Below, piece after piece: positions 19,511-30,503 of a DNA stretch of 64,000 bases. Positions within the stretch are counted from its first letter, which is position 1. Every line of letters starts with the position of its first letter. The DNA is from an uncultured Methanoregulaceae archaeon (GTDB lineage Archaea > Halobacteriota > Methanomicrobia > Methanomicrobiales > Methanospirillaceae): the NCBI GenBank assembly GCA_963701095.1, contig OY969564.1, forward strand, positions 128,001-192,000, read 5' to 3'. Both the position numbers and the translations under genes were made by a program. The notes under the pieces are model-generated. The model searched no databases, was not told the origin of the DNA, and was given only the letters and a program-made list of their open reading frames with translations.

Positions 19511-22500
19511 GTCGTACCCCGTGCGGGTACGTGGATTGAAATGGGATCGAATGCAAGGCGCAGGAAACCCTCAATATCGTCGTACCCCGTGCGGGTACGT
19601 GGATTGAAATACCTATGCGCCTTCATCAGGCAACGCTCCACTGAGTCGTACCCCGTGCGGGTACGTGGATTGAAATCATCCGTGATGTTCTTTGAGCCAT
19701 GCTTTCTTATGTCGTACCCCGTGCGGGTACGTGGATTGAAATTATGGTACTCTTATGCGATATGGGGGGTCTATTCGTCGTACCCCGTGCGGGTACGTGG
19801 ATTGAAATATCGGTACTGCACACGGAATGTCGACGAATCCCGGGTCGTACCCCGTGCGGGTACGTGGATTGAAATAGGCGCGATGCAGTAATAAGACTCC
19901 CGATTGAGGGTCGTACCCCGTGCGGGTACGTGGATTGAAATCTCGACCGGGTGAGCACGATCCAGGCGATTGTCAAGTCGTACCCCGTGCGGGTACGTGG
20001 ATTGAAATAAAACCATCGCGCGAGAAATGCCAGAAAAAGAGAGTCGTACCCCGTGCGGGTACGTGGATTGAAATCGGTTTCGACTGGCGTACGAGAATGC
20101 AGACCGTGGTCGTACCCCGTGCGGGTACGTGGATTGAAATAAATCTTGATCCAATGCGGAGCCATGGAAGGGAACGTCGTACCCCGTGCGGGTACGTGGA
20201 TTGAAATAGTATATACAAGTATATACAAATATACAAATATAGTCGTACCCCGTGCGGGTACGTGGATTGAAATAAAAGCCCCGAAGAGATCAAAGAAGCA
20301 CTGGAAAGTCGTACCCCGTGCGGGTACGTGGATTGAAATACCTTTACCCAGCGGGCCCTTGGATATTCTCTATGTCGTACCCCGTGCGGGTACGTGGATT
20401 GAAATAATCAACGCGCGACTCTCTGGTGTAGAGGAGTGAGTCGTACCCCGTGCGGGTACGTGGATTGAAATGTGTGCAGGAAAACGCAGAGCGTCTGGTG
20501 ATGAGTCGTACCCCGTGCGGGTACGTGGATTGAAATCCCCGGTAACGAACACGGTAACGGTCACGAGTTTGTCGTACCCCGTGCGGGTACGTGGATTGAA
20601 ATCTACGGCTGCAGTCGGGGTGATTTTGACACCCGTGTCGTACCCCGTGCGGGTACGTGGATTGAAATTGAATCTGCGTGCCTGTAATGTCATGGTTCCT
20701 CGTCGTACCCCGTGCGGGTACGTGGATTGAAATATTTCGATAATGGCGGTACTGTGCCAGGGTCCGGGTCGTACCCCGTGCGGGTACGTGGATTGAAATA
20801 CGATAAGCGCGAGCGGTTCCCCGCCTTCTGAATGTCGTACCCCGTGCGGGTACGTGGATTGAAATCGGCTTAATGAGCAGACCAACAACCATGAATGAAG
20901 TCGTACCCCGTGCGGGTACGTGGATTGAAATTCTGTGGTGTGGCGCTCCGACATCCGCAGCTTCCGTCGTACCCCGTGCGGGTACGTGGATTGAAATTGA
21001 TCAAAGACGTTCCGATGCTCGCAGAAGGCGTGTCGTACCCCGTGCGGGTACGTGGATTGAAATCGTTTGATCCACGGCATCGCACTCCTGAAATACGTCG
21101 TACCCCGTGCGGGTACGTGGATTGAAATTGGTACCCAAGCTGCTGAAGCATCTGATTAATGGTGGTCGTACCCCGTGCGGGTACGTGGATTGAAATACGG
21201 GCACCCGGTATCTGGGCAAGAGTGTTCAGGTCGTACCCCGTGCGGGTACGTGGATTGAAATCAGTTACACACGAGGTGGTAACAACGGTCAATGAGTCGT
21301 ACCCCGTGCGGGTACGTGGATTGAAATTCATCGTCATAACCATTATTGTGGGAAAAGTCCGTCGTACCCCGTGCGGGTACGTGGATTGAAATTTAACAAC
21401 CTGCCCCGTAACGTGTATTGGTTCTGTCGTACCCCGTGCGGGTACGTGGATTGAAATCGCACGAACTGGAAATACACATCAGCAATACTGAGTCGTACCC
21501 CGTGCGGGTACGTGGATTGAAATTATTTAAGGAAGTGATGTGAGATGGTTTACACAGAGTCGTACCCCGTGCGGGTACGTGGATTGAAATAAACAGGAAG
21601 TGCTTAATCCCGGGCAGGTCGCCAGTCGTACCCCGTGCGGGTACGTGGATTGAAATCGCTCCCTGATGATGAGGGCGGCCTTCCAGGACGGTCGTACCCC
21701 GTGCGGGTACGTGGATTGAAATTTCCCGGTGTGTGGCCTGACGTGCGCTCATCTCGTCGTACCCCGTGCGGGTACGTGGATTGAAATGGAATGCCCACAT
21801 CTGAAAGCGGAAGACGATGAAGTCGTACCCCGTGCGGGTACGTGGATTGAAATTCCTCATCGGGTGAAATGTGGGACTGGTTTGAGAGTCGTACCCCGTG
21901 CGGGTACGTGGATTGAAATAATAAGAAAGAAGTATGGTGCTAAGGGATTAAGGGTCGTACCCCGTGCGGGTACGTGGATTGAAATACCTGGAGCCCGGTC
22001 GCGGCCGCACCCACTTTGATGTCGTACCCCGTGCGGGTACGTGGATTGAAATAGGGTATTGGTAGCCACACTACCAGATAACCCGGGTCGTACCCCGTGC
22101 GGGTACGTGGATTGAAATGGAAGTGCATTGTAAACCAGAGAGTTAGTTGCTGGTCGTACCCCGTGCGGGTACGTGGATTGAAATCGGGTGTGTCGGCTAT
22201 TACAGCACCCCTGCGTATGTCGTACCCCGTGCGGGTACGTGGATTGAAATAGGGTATTGGTAGCCACACTACCAGATAACCCGGTGTCGTACCCCGTGCG
22301 GGTACGTGGATTGAAATGGTACACTTTGCGATCCCCGCTGCAGAACTCATGTCGTACCCCGTGCGGGTACGTGGATTGAAATTTGAGGACCACGATAGGA
22401 GCGGCCCCGGTTGTGTGTCGTACCCCGTGCGGGTACGTGGATTGAAATAAGATCCGCGCGTTGTTGGATCTGTTTTTGCATGTCGTACCCCGTGCGGGTA

Positions 22501-23503
22501 CGTGGATTGAAATTCTTCTTCATTGCGGTTAAAATAGAGTACTTCAGGTCGTACCCCGTGCGGGTACGTGGATTGAAATAATTTTAACCGCTCCTGTTGA
22601 ACTGCCGACGACGGTCGTACCCCGTGCGGGTACGTGGATTGAAATATCCCAACAACCGCATAGGTGCCGGCGCGTAGAGGTCGTACCCCGTGCGGGTACG
22701 TGGATTGAAATCGGTTACTTGAGAGATCATATCCAGGAGCTGCCCGTCGTACCCCGTGCGGGTACGTGGATTGAAATCTGTAGATTTCTGCGAGCTGATC
22801 ACGTAGAAGATGTCGTACCCCGTGCGGGTACGTGGATTGAAATGATCATGGTGTCACGTCCGGCAAAATCTTATGAGTCGTACCCCGTGCGGGTACGTGG
22901 ATTGAAATGCGGTTCTGAACAAGCATTGGCCGGATGTGCCGAAGTCGTACCCCGTGCGGGTACGTGGATTGAAATATGCCCTCGCCCGGTTGGGTCACGA
23001 TATGCACCGGAGTCGTACCCCGTGCGGGTACGTGGATTGAAATGCGGCCCGGTGCATCTGCACCAGCAGCGGAAAAGTCGTACCCCGTGCGGGTACGTGG
23101 ATTGAAATTTCCCGGAACCCTGCGACATCTGCCGGTCTAGTTGTCGTACCCCGTGCGGGTACGTGGATTGAAATATATTTCCAGCATTTTTCTGGGTGAA
23201 ATTCACTCGTCGTACCCCGTGCGGGTACGTGGATTGAAATCCTCTAGCACCGTGCCACAGTCCTCACAATATCGTCGTACCCCGTGCGGGTACGTGGATT
23301 GAAATACTGACAGCCACGCACCGGCGGCAATGGTAAACCGTCGTACCCCGTGCGGGTACGTGGATTGAAATTTGAATATGCCGGTAAGTATATGGGTCTA
23401 CTGGAGTCGTACCCCGTGCGGGTACGTGGATTGAAATCTGATGCGAGTCCGTTCCTGCTGGATGGCTGCAGGTCGTACCCCGTGCGAGTACGTGGATTGA
23501 AAT
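19511..23503 (+). CRISPR. Type I-C CRISPR array, 61 repeats / 60 spacers (33-36 nt)
   Basis: 32-bp repeat GTCGTACCCCGTGCGGGTACGTGGATTGAAAT; last copy has one substitution (GCGAGTAC), marking the trailer end; counted by hand. Confidence 0.98.
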
Positions 23504-23835
23504 AATTCTTCGAACAATTTTTTTTCAAATTAAGGGAAAGGTAATACAGTCCTGTCCTGCTTTCCTTTTATTTACATAAAATGAAAACAGAAGCGTTCGA
23601 AAAATATGCTCAATTTACCGTAAATAACAATTAAAGAAAAAATACAGTTCAAGAAAAATAAATAGCTAAAAACAAGATCTTTTGGGACCATTTCGGCCGT
23701 AGTCGCCGAACTAGGACAAGCTGAATTATTGTCTCATATTCCCTCTCTTCTCTGATGTTCCGTATAATACCCCGAATGTGTCAGAAGGGGTCCGGGCAAA
23801 AGATAGAACAAAAAGAGATACCAGCGCCGAAAAAA

Positions 23836-24496
23836 TTATGCGTCCTTTCGTACAAGCCGGCTCCCGAGTTCGTACGCCTTTTTGCAGTCGAGCGGGAACT
23901 GTTCTTCCTTGTGTTTCTTTTTTGCCACCGGATCAAAGAGCGTGGATACGTACTTTGAATAATCGTCGAACTGGAACGTGTTAGTGACCCAGAGCGTGTC
24001 GCATGAACCGAAGATCCGGGCCATTGCCATCTCGGTTGGCTGCTCAAACCGGTCAAAGCCCATTTCCTTTACCATTGGTTCCGGGGCCCCGGCCGTGTAG
24101 ATAAAACCCGTCCGGATCTTTTTCCCGAAAAGCGAGGAGTGCTCCGGGTCGTAGACCGAGTACTGGAACATCAGCCGTTCGAGAAACGATCGTGTCATTC
24201 CCGTAATTAGCGAGTAATAGATGGGCGAACCGATGAGGATCGCGTCTGCGGCCCCGACTTTTTTAAAGAGCGGCAGGAGTTCGTCCTTTACCGGACAGTG
24301 TCCATAACTTTTCCCACCGATCCTTTTACAGGCAAAACAGACTTGTGCAGCCCGTGTAGTCCAGATCGTAGAGATGGATGAGTTCAGTTTTAGCCCCTTC
24401 GGATTTTGCGCCTTTGAGTGCATGTTCAAGGGGAGTTGCGGTGTTCCACTTCTTCCGTGGGCTGCCGTTAATTGCTAAAACTTTTATTATAACCAC
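23836..24496 (-). CDS. Flavodoxin/iron-sulfur flavoprotein family (frameshift near 24340)
   Basis: AINGSPRKKWNT N-terminus in one frame; CFACK and ILIGSPIY in another. Confidence 0.8.
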
Positions 24497-25323
24497 GTCA
24501 CTTTGAGAGGTTTGCTGCGCTCCGGAATGCGCATCGGTTTATACTTTGGATACCCGGCCAATATCGCGCCGGCAAGCTTGCGGTTGTCCGGGATGTGGAG
24601 GGCTTCTCTTACGGGACGATAATTCTGGGCAACACTGACCAGCCGTCCAGCCCAGCACGTCCCGAGCCCGAAAGCCGGGGCGGTGACATCGACATGGGTA
24701 AGTGCGATGATCGCATCGGTCTCTACCAGACCCGTGGAATCCGCCTTCCCCGTGGGAACATGGGCGCCGATAAGAACCGGGGCGCCCCGGCAGACAATAT
24801 CGATTCCTTTATTCCAGTATTCAGTGAGTAAAGGAATGTATCCACTGATAGGATGATCACTTTTCCCCGATTCCTGTAAATAATCCATCGTAAGTGCGGC
24901 TATGGTATGGACTTTTTCAGCACCGTTCACGACTACCCATTCGACAGGCTGGTAATTGCTCCCGGTCGCAGCATAGCGGGCGATCCCAAGGATCTGCATA
25001 AGGGTTTCATTGGCCACCGGATCGGGACGGAATACCCGGATCGAGCGGCGACTTTTAAGATAGGTACCTAGAGTTTCCGGATGCATCAATCCAGGCGCTG
25101 CTGCACGTTGGAGGTGCACACCTTCCTTGTGTTCGCGGGTCAGCGCCCCGGTCGGACAGAATGCTTCGCAATGCCCGCAGGACAGACACCCTGCCTCCTT
25201 CGAGGACGGGATTTCCGGAAGCGCAGCATCGTTATCAGCCCGTGCTATAATCTGCGTCGTGCAAATCTCCGAACAGATCCCGCACTGGGTGCAGAGATCA
25301 CGATCAACGGTTATTCCGACCAT
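24487..25323 (-). CDS. Nitroreductase family protein with ferredoxin domain
   Basis: Two CxxCxxC motifs; RRSIRVF; GLGTCW. Confidence 0.9.
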   Translation of the reverse strand: MVGITVDRDLCTQCGICSEICTTQIIARADNDAALPEIPSSKEAGCLSCGHCEAFCPTGALTREHKEGVHLQRAAAPGLMHPETLGTYLKSRRSIRVFRPDPVANETLMQILGIARYAATGSNYQPVEWVVVNGAEKVHTIAALTMDYLQESGKSDHPISGYIPLLTEYWNKGIDIVCRGAPVLIGAHVPTGKADSTGLVETDAIIALTHVDVTAPAFGLGTCWAGRLVSVAQNYRPVREALHIPDNRKLAGAILAGYPKYKPMRIPERSKPLKVTWL

Positions 25324-25446
25324 AAGGATAACCATCCTGAAAATATGAGATCGGCGTTGCCGTCAGTTTCTTCAATTTTTCTCATACCCGGTTTGAATCG
25401 TTCGCTTTGCATACCAACTAGTACGCCTGGCCATAATAAATAGTTT

Positions 25447-25461
25447 GTTAGATTAACTAAC
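25447..25461. promoter_or_regulatory. Candidate MarR operator
   Basis: Palindrome GTTAG-ATTAA-CTAAC between marR and the nitroreductase gene. Confidence 0.45.
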
Positions 25462-25474
25462 CAATTTTATTGAT

Positions 25475-25915
25475 TTACTCTTTCTTTTCCGGTGAGCATT
25501 CAATCATAATCCGGAAGGCTTCTGTAAGGGTTTTCTGCTGGTTTTCTGTTGTGGTTTTCTCAATCTGTTTTATGAATGCCTCAAAAACCCGCTGTTTGTG
25601 TTTAAAAACTTGACAACCTTTTTTGCTCAGGGACAGGAGGAATTTGCGCTGGTCAACATCGGATTGGGTTCGGACAACGAATCCATCCTTCATAAGTTTT
25701 GTAATTGCGGCGTTGGCTGAAGGTTTTGAGACACCGAGTTTTTGGGCAAGCTCAGTTAAGGTGATCCTATCGTTGCGTTGGATACCTCGGAGATAATAAA
25801 ACTGGTTGAGGGTAAGATCGCAAAAGCCAATCTTTTCCATTTCGACCTTATCTGCCTCAACGGTAACTTGGCGGTACCGTTCAATAAACTCAACAAACAG
25901 GTCCCCTAATTCCAT
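25475..25915 (-). CDS. MarR family regulator
   Basis: LTELAQKLGVSKPSANAAITKL..DQRK..LSKKG winged helix. Confidence 0.9.
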   Translation of the reverse strand: MELGDLFVEFIERYRQVTVEADKVEMEKIGFCDLTLNQFYYLRGIQRNDRITLTELAQKLGVSKPSANAAITKLMKDGFVVRTQSDVDQRKFLLSLSKKGCQVFKHKQRVFEAFIKQIEKTTTENQQKTLTEAFRIMIECSPEKKE

Positions 25916-26146
25916 AGCAGTACATAGAACCAATTCAAGTATTAAGGTAATGAAGGGTTCTGTTGCATTATCGGGACTTTGAATTGTCAATATTGATGGG
26001 ATATTATCATATTATTTTTCGCTAAGTTCCGATCACTTTCACATCTCCCAAGGCCGGATCCTTATCCTCCTCAGTGCAGCAGGGATCCGGTGCTATGCAA
26101 ATCAAGATCCTCGAGCACCAGGACTACGAAAGACCGGAGTGGGATC

Positions 26147-28091
26147 GTGTGGATCCTTGATTCCGCGTACCGAGATCATGGTATTGACCTCTGGACAAAG
26201 GATGGCACTGTAACCAAAACCCATTACGACTATCAGCCACCTTTTTACGTCCACCTCCACGACCCTCACGCTCACCATGAGATGATCGAAGCATTGGAAG
26301 AGCGGTACGGTGCGGAGGAGTGCACCATCAAAACCATCTTTGGCGAACTCCCCGGGTACGCTGTCTTTGCAGGCCGGGATGTGGCCGAAGCGATAGAACG
26401 GCAGGCGCAGTTCGACATCGATATCTTCAACGTTGATGTGCGCCGGGACCAGCGGTTCATGGCCGAGCGTGGGATCTGCCCGTGTGTGGGAGAAGGTGAC
26501 GACCGGTTTTCCCCGGAGATTGCACATGACCTTACCGTAATGGAAATTGACATCAAGGGCAACCCGGCGCTCTCCTCGCAGTTCACAGAAATTGAAGTGA
26601 AGGGGATCCACAGAGAACGGCTTACCGGTGAGAACCATGAAGTCCTCGGAGCACTCTTCGGGCTCGTCAGTTCCCTTGACCCCGATGTAATCCTCATGCC
26701 GGATGCCGATACCTGGATGCCGAAGATCCGGACGCTGGCAAAGCAGTATGACCTGGTCATGCCCTTCTCGCGGAATGGAAAGTACCGGCAGATGGACGCC
26801 CGCTCGTACTGGAGTTACGGCAGGATGGAGCACAAGGAATCCGCGCTTATTCCGGACGGGCGCATCCTGATCGATACCGAACAATCGTTCGTGTTCCGGG
26901 AGGGCGGTCTGGAAGCAGGTACTCATGGCCGCCCGTCTCGCAGGACTCTCCCCTAACCTTGCGTCCCGGTTCACGCCGGGAACGCTCATCAGCAGTTACG
27001 AAGTCTACGAAGCAGTAAAACGGGGGATTGCGGTACCGTTCCGCAAGAGCGACCCCGAGCAGAGCCGCAAGCTCTCCGCCCTCCAGGCTGCTGACCGGGG
27101 CGGGATGATGTACCAGCCGAAGCCAGGAACGTATGAGAATGTCGAGGAGATCGATTACACCTCCATGTATCCCTCAATCATCGTAAAAGCGAACCTCTCT
27201 CCGGAGACGGTCGGGCATCAGGAGCGGGCGGGATTCCTTCCCGCCGTCCTCAAGCCGCTGCTCGAACTCCGTATCAGAACCAAGCGCCTCAAGAAGACCA
27301 ATCCACGGTTTGCCGGTACTGATGCAATTCTCAAGTGGATGCTCGTCACCTGTTTCGGGTACACGGGCTACAAGAATGCAAAGTTCGGGAGAATTGAGGT
27401 TCATGAAGGCATCACAGGCCGCTCCCGGGAAATCCTGATACAGACCAAAGATATCGCTGAGGAGATGGATTTCCGGATACTGCACGGGATCGTAGACTGC
27501 CTCTGGGTGCAGGGATCACCGATCAAAGCACTCAGGGAACGGGTCGAGCGTGAGACCGATATGCTCCTTGAAGTTGACCACTTCGACTGGATCGTCTTTC
27601 TGCCGCTCGCGGATGGTTTTGGTGCCTATAACCGATATTATGGCAGGCAACCGGATGGTAGTATCAAGGTCCGGGGGATTGCCGCAAGAAGGCATGATAC
27701 GGCAGAGTACGTGCGCGAGATGCAGAGCAGGATGCTGGATGTCATGTCCCGGGTAAAAACGATTGCAGAACTCAAAGAGACACAGGATGAAGTCACACGA
27801 ATTTACCGGGAAACCATACACAACCTGCCGGCGGCGGATCCAAAGGAAATGATGATCAACCGCCGGATTAGCCGGCTCACGTATGCGCACCGGTGCATTG
27901 AAGGCGCAGCAGTGCAGGCATACCAGGATAACAAGATAGAGATTGCTCCCGGTATGAAAATTCAGTACGTTGTGACCGATGCCCGGCGATACAAAGTGGA
28001 ACCAGTGTGGTGCGCATCATCGTTTGATGTTGGGTATTACCGGGAATTGATCGATAAGGCATATGCCGAGATCAAGTTCGCATTTTCCTAA
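26147..28091 (+). CDS. Family B DNA polymerase, PolB2-type (frameshift near 26915)
   Basis: IDYTSMYPSII, KWMLVTCFGYTG, HGIVDCLWV (degenerate catalytic motifs). Confidence 0.85.
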
Positions 28092-28188
28092 ATAAGACAA
28101 AAAGAGAGATCCTGTGAACCTTCACCGGATTGTGGGGGCAATGAACCCACAATGTGCGGATAGGGCCTGTTTTGATTGAAAGGGAATA

Positions 28189-28443
28189 TCACCGATCATA
28201 TACTTTCTTTCTCGGACCTACTTTTAAAATGGAAACCATCAATTCCGTATCATCAATTTCAAGGATGGCCCGATAGTTCCCGACACGCTGATGATACCAT
28301 GGATATCCCTCACATCGTTCTGCCGTGCGGTGAGGATCTTCCGATAACGATTCAATTTTATCAACAATTCGTTTTGAGATTGAGGGAGATAACTTCTCCA
28401 AATCCTTGCGTGAACGATCTGTCCAAAAAATAGAATAACTCAT
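28189..28443 (-). CDS. RelE/ParE family toxin
   Basis: 84 aa; YSIFWTDRSRKDLEKL..RVGNYRAI..KVGPRKKVY. Confidence 0.85.
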   Translation of the reverse strand: MSYSIFWTDRSRKDLEKLSPSISKRIVDKIESLSEDPHRTAERCEGYPWYHQRVGNYRAILEIDDTELMVSILKVGPRKKVYDR

Positions 28444-28589
28444 TCAATCCCAAGTTTGGCACGTACTTCTTTGGTAGTGTAGACATGCCCCTGACGGATA
28501 TCTTCTTGGGCCTCGGCAATGTCCTTTAAATCCTGCTCATCCAGATATGCATCCGGGTTTTTGCAGGTCTTTTTGATAAGCTCCGGCAT
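28440..28589 (-). CDS. Putative antitoxin
   Basis: Overlaps the toxin start; IAEAQEDIRQGHVYTTKEVRAKLG motif. Confidence 0.7.
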   Translation of the reverse strand: MPELIKKTCKNPDAYLDEQDLKDIAEAQEDIRQGHVYTTKEVRAKLGIE

Positions 28590-28922
28590 GATACAATAGT
28601 TATACCCGGACGAGATTATCAAACCTGCGATTATTCCAGTCGTATTTTGCCCCTTGGGTATAATCGGGAATTGATCGATAAGGCATTGGCAGAGATCAAG
28701 TTCGCATTTTCCTGAATAGGACAATGAAAAAGAGAGATCCTGTGAACCTTCACCGGATTGTGGGGGCAATGAACCCACAATTGCCGGAGTGGATTCTGGT
28801 GCGTTGTCGGGACTTTTAATTAGTCAACATTGATAGGTCACGACGACTTCATTTTCGTGACATTCACGAGGGTAACATAAACCGGAGAGATTATCTCATT
28901 TTCGGGTCATTGTTTCATAACA

Positions 28923-29291
28923 ATGGAAAAACTGTCGGTTGAGAAAATTATCGAGATTCACAACGACATCATTGAGGACTTCGGGGGGGAGCACGGCGTC
29001 CGAGATCTCGCAACTATCGAATATCTCATCTACCGGCTGGAGCGGAAAAGCAGCGTATTCCATAAGGCTGCAATTGCCTTGCACGCGATTTGCACCGATC
29101 ACCCCTTTATCGATGGAAATAAGCGGACAGCCTTTGTTGTTGCAGATAACCTGTTAAAGGAGAGTGGATACCGCATTCAGGCGACCGATGACGAGGTCGT
29201 CTCGTTTATGCTTGAAGTGGCACAATACACTCACACGATGGAATCCGTTAAAAAATGGATAAAAAAGAGTGCTGTATTACAGACGGCTTAA
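28923..29291 (+). CDS. Doc/Fic family toxin
   Basis: HPFIDGNKRTA motif. Confidence 0.9.
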   Translation: MEKLSVEKIIEIHNDIIEDFGGEHGVRDLATIEYLIYRLERKSSVFHKAAIALHAICTDHPFIDGNKRTAFVVADNLLKESGYRIQATDDEVVSFMLEVAQYTHTMESVKKWIKKSAVLQTA

Positions 29292-29408
29292 CTGCTCAAG
29301 GGCGCGGTGATACGTCTTTTTGGTCTCGTCAAGGTGTGCCCGTTCGGTCTGGGTAAGTCCGTTTTTGGGCTGCTCTTGAGACTGCTTGTTTTTTATCTGC
29401 TCGTTCAT
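29277..29408 (-). CDS. 43-aa putative Doc antitoxin, convergent
   Basis: C-terminus KKTYHRALEQLSRL resembles the neutralising helix of Doc-partner antitoxins; overlaps doc 3' end by 15 bp. Confidence 0.5.
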   Translation of the reverse strand: MNEQIKNKQSQEQPKNGLTQTERAHLDETKKTYHRALEQLSRL

Positions 29409-29736
29409 GATCTCTTTTTATTTTTCCTCTGAAGTGATAAAACTATCAATACGACGTATCCGGGTTTTCAATAGTGAGATGCGGACATCCAAGGCCTCAG
29501 ACCCTGCCCTGCTTAATCAATAAATACATCGCTCCGGGAAAGTCATAATCGACTAATACTACACACTTTATACGATCTTAGGTTCGATCGTAAATAGTAC
29601 ACTCACTTTCACCCGATAACTCCCCCCTATTTTTAATTATTTTGTGATATTATTCTAATTATATAAGGAGATTAACTTGACGGTACGTTATTGTTAAATG
29701 CAAAAATCCGTTATCCGAATAATGGATGAAAAAAGA

Positions 29737-30171
29737 TCAAATATTTAGTGATACTTCCCCGGCAGGAAGCGGTCTGACACAGAGTGTCTTCTGGTGCATA
29801 CCCCTCATAACAACATCGATCTTGCGGGAGGTCTCCGTAGTGTAATATGATTCCCCGCACTTTTCGCAAACATACGCCGGCACATCTTTAATTACAACGA
29901 TTTCGTTGCCAGCCCTTCCCATAAACTCTGTAGTGGATTCTTCGAGTGTTCCATCACAGAAAGAACAACGATCGAATTTTACCCTTGAAGGGCTCAAAGA
30001 GGACTTAGATTCGATTTTATGGCCACCGGACCTCTTTCCAATGCGAGTGGTTGACACGTCCTTATCTTTTGGTGCGAAGACAGGTGAGATGCTGTCTGGA
30101 TTTTCCGCAAACTTTTCCTTCATCTTTCGCATGAAGAGTTTTTCCGTATTTTTTGTTTTTGATGTTGCCAT
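29737..30171 (-). CDS. YgiT-type zinc finger protein (putative antitoxin)
   Basis: CSFCDG...VIKDVPAYVCEKCGESY. Confidence 0.8.
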   Translation of the reverse strand: MATSKTKNTEKLFMRKMKEKFAENPDSISPVFAPKDKDVSTTRIGKRSGGHKIESKSSLSPSRVKFDRCSFCDGTLEESTTEFMGRAGNEIVVIKDVPAYVCEKCGESYYTTETSRKIDVVMRGMHQKTLCVRPLPAGEVSLNI

Positions 30172-30200
30172 AATGCTTCCCCCCTTTGAATTACTTCGTT

Positions 30201-30503
30201 TTACCTTCTTCTACGGTGCTCTACCCATTTCTCTTCTTTCGGAAAATATGCGGTGATGACGACGAGATGCTCCGGGCAAAATGCTACTACTACATGATAT
30301 GCGATATGGTTAATAAAACCGAGTATAACGGCGGAGGGACAGGGAATTCTATGGGGATCTTCCTCAATTATTTCACCAGAAGCGACAATATCCATCACTT
30401 CGTCCGTTGAAATATTCCGTTCGAACATTCTGTCCCGGGCATGTTTAGATATGAGGACCGCATCCCTCTCAACAAATTCGGCTCTCCGCGCAGCTGCCTC
30501 CAT
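30201..30503 (-). CDS. DUF4258 family protein (putative toxin)
   Basis: ISKHARDRMFERNI..GEIIE..HVVVA..VITAY. Confidence 0.8.
   Translation of the reverse strand: MEAAARRAEFVERDAVLISKHARDRMFERNISTDEVMDIVASGEIIEEDPHRIPCPSAVILGFINHIAYHVVVAFCPEHLVVITAYFPKEEKWVEHRRRR

Larger units (their letters stand above)
28030..28781 (+). repeat. ~125-bp imperfect direct repeats (28030-28153, 28654-28781) flanking a RelE TA module
   Basis: polB 3' end plus downstream hairpin ATTGTGGG..CCCACAAT is present twice. Confidence 0.9.

Noticed and set aside
22513..22613. 11-mer GCGGTTAAAAT shared in opposite orientation by spacers 46 and 47
   Set aside because: Flanks disagree, so they are not overlapping protospacers; likely chance.
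19511..23503. True self-targeting spacers
   Set aside because: No near-exact nucleotide match seen in the window by eye; the provirus similarities are only ~55-62% nt and the two sites checked lack a TTC PAM.
19541..23528. Many ORFs across the CRISPR array
   Set aside because: Translations of the repeat (VVPRAGTWIE, FQSTYPHGVR); not genes.
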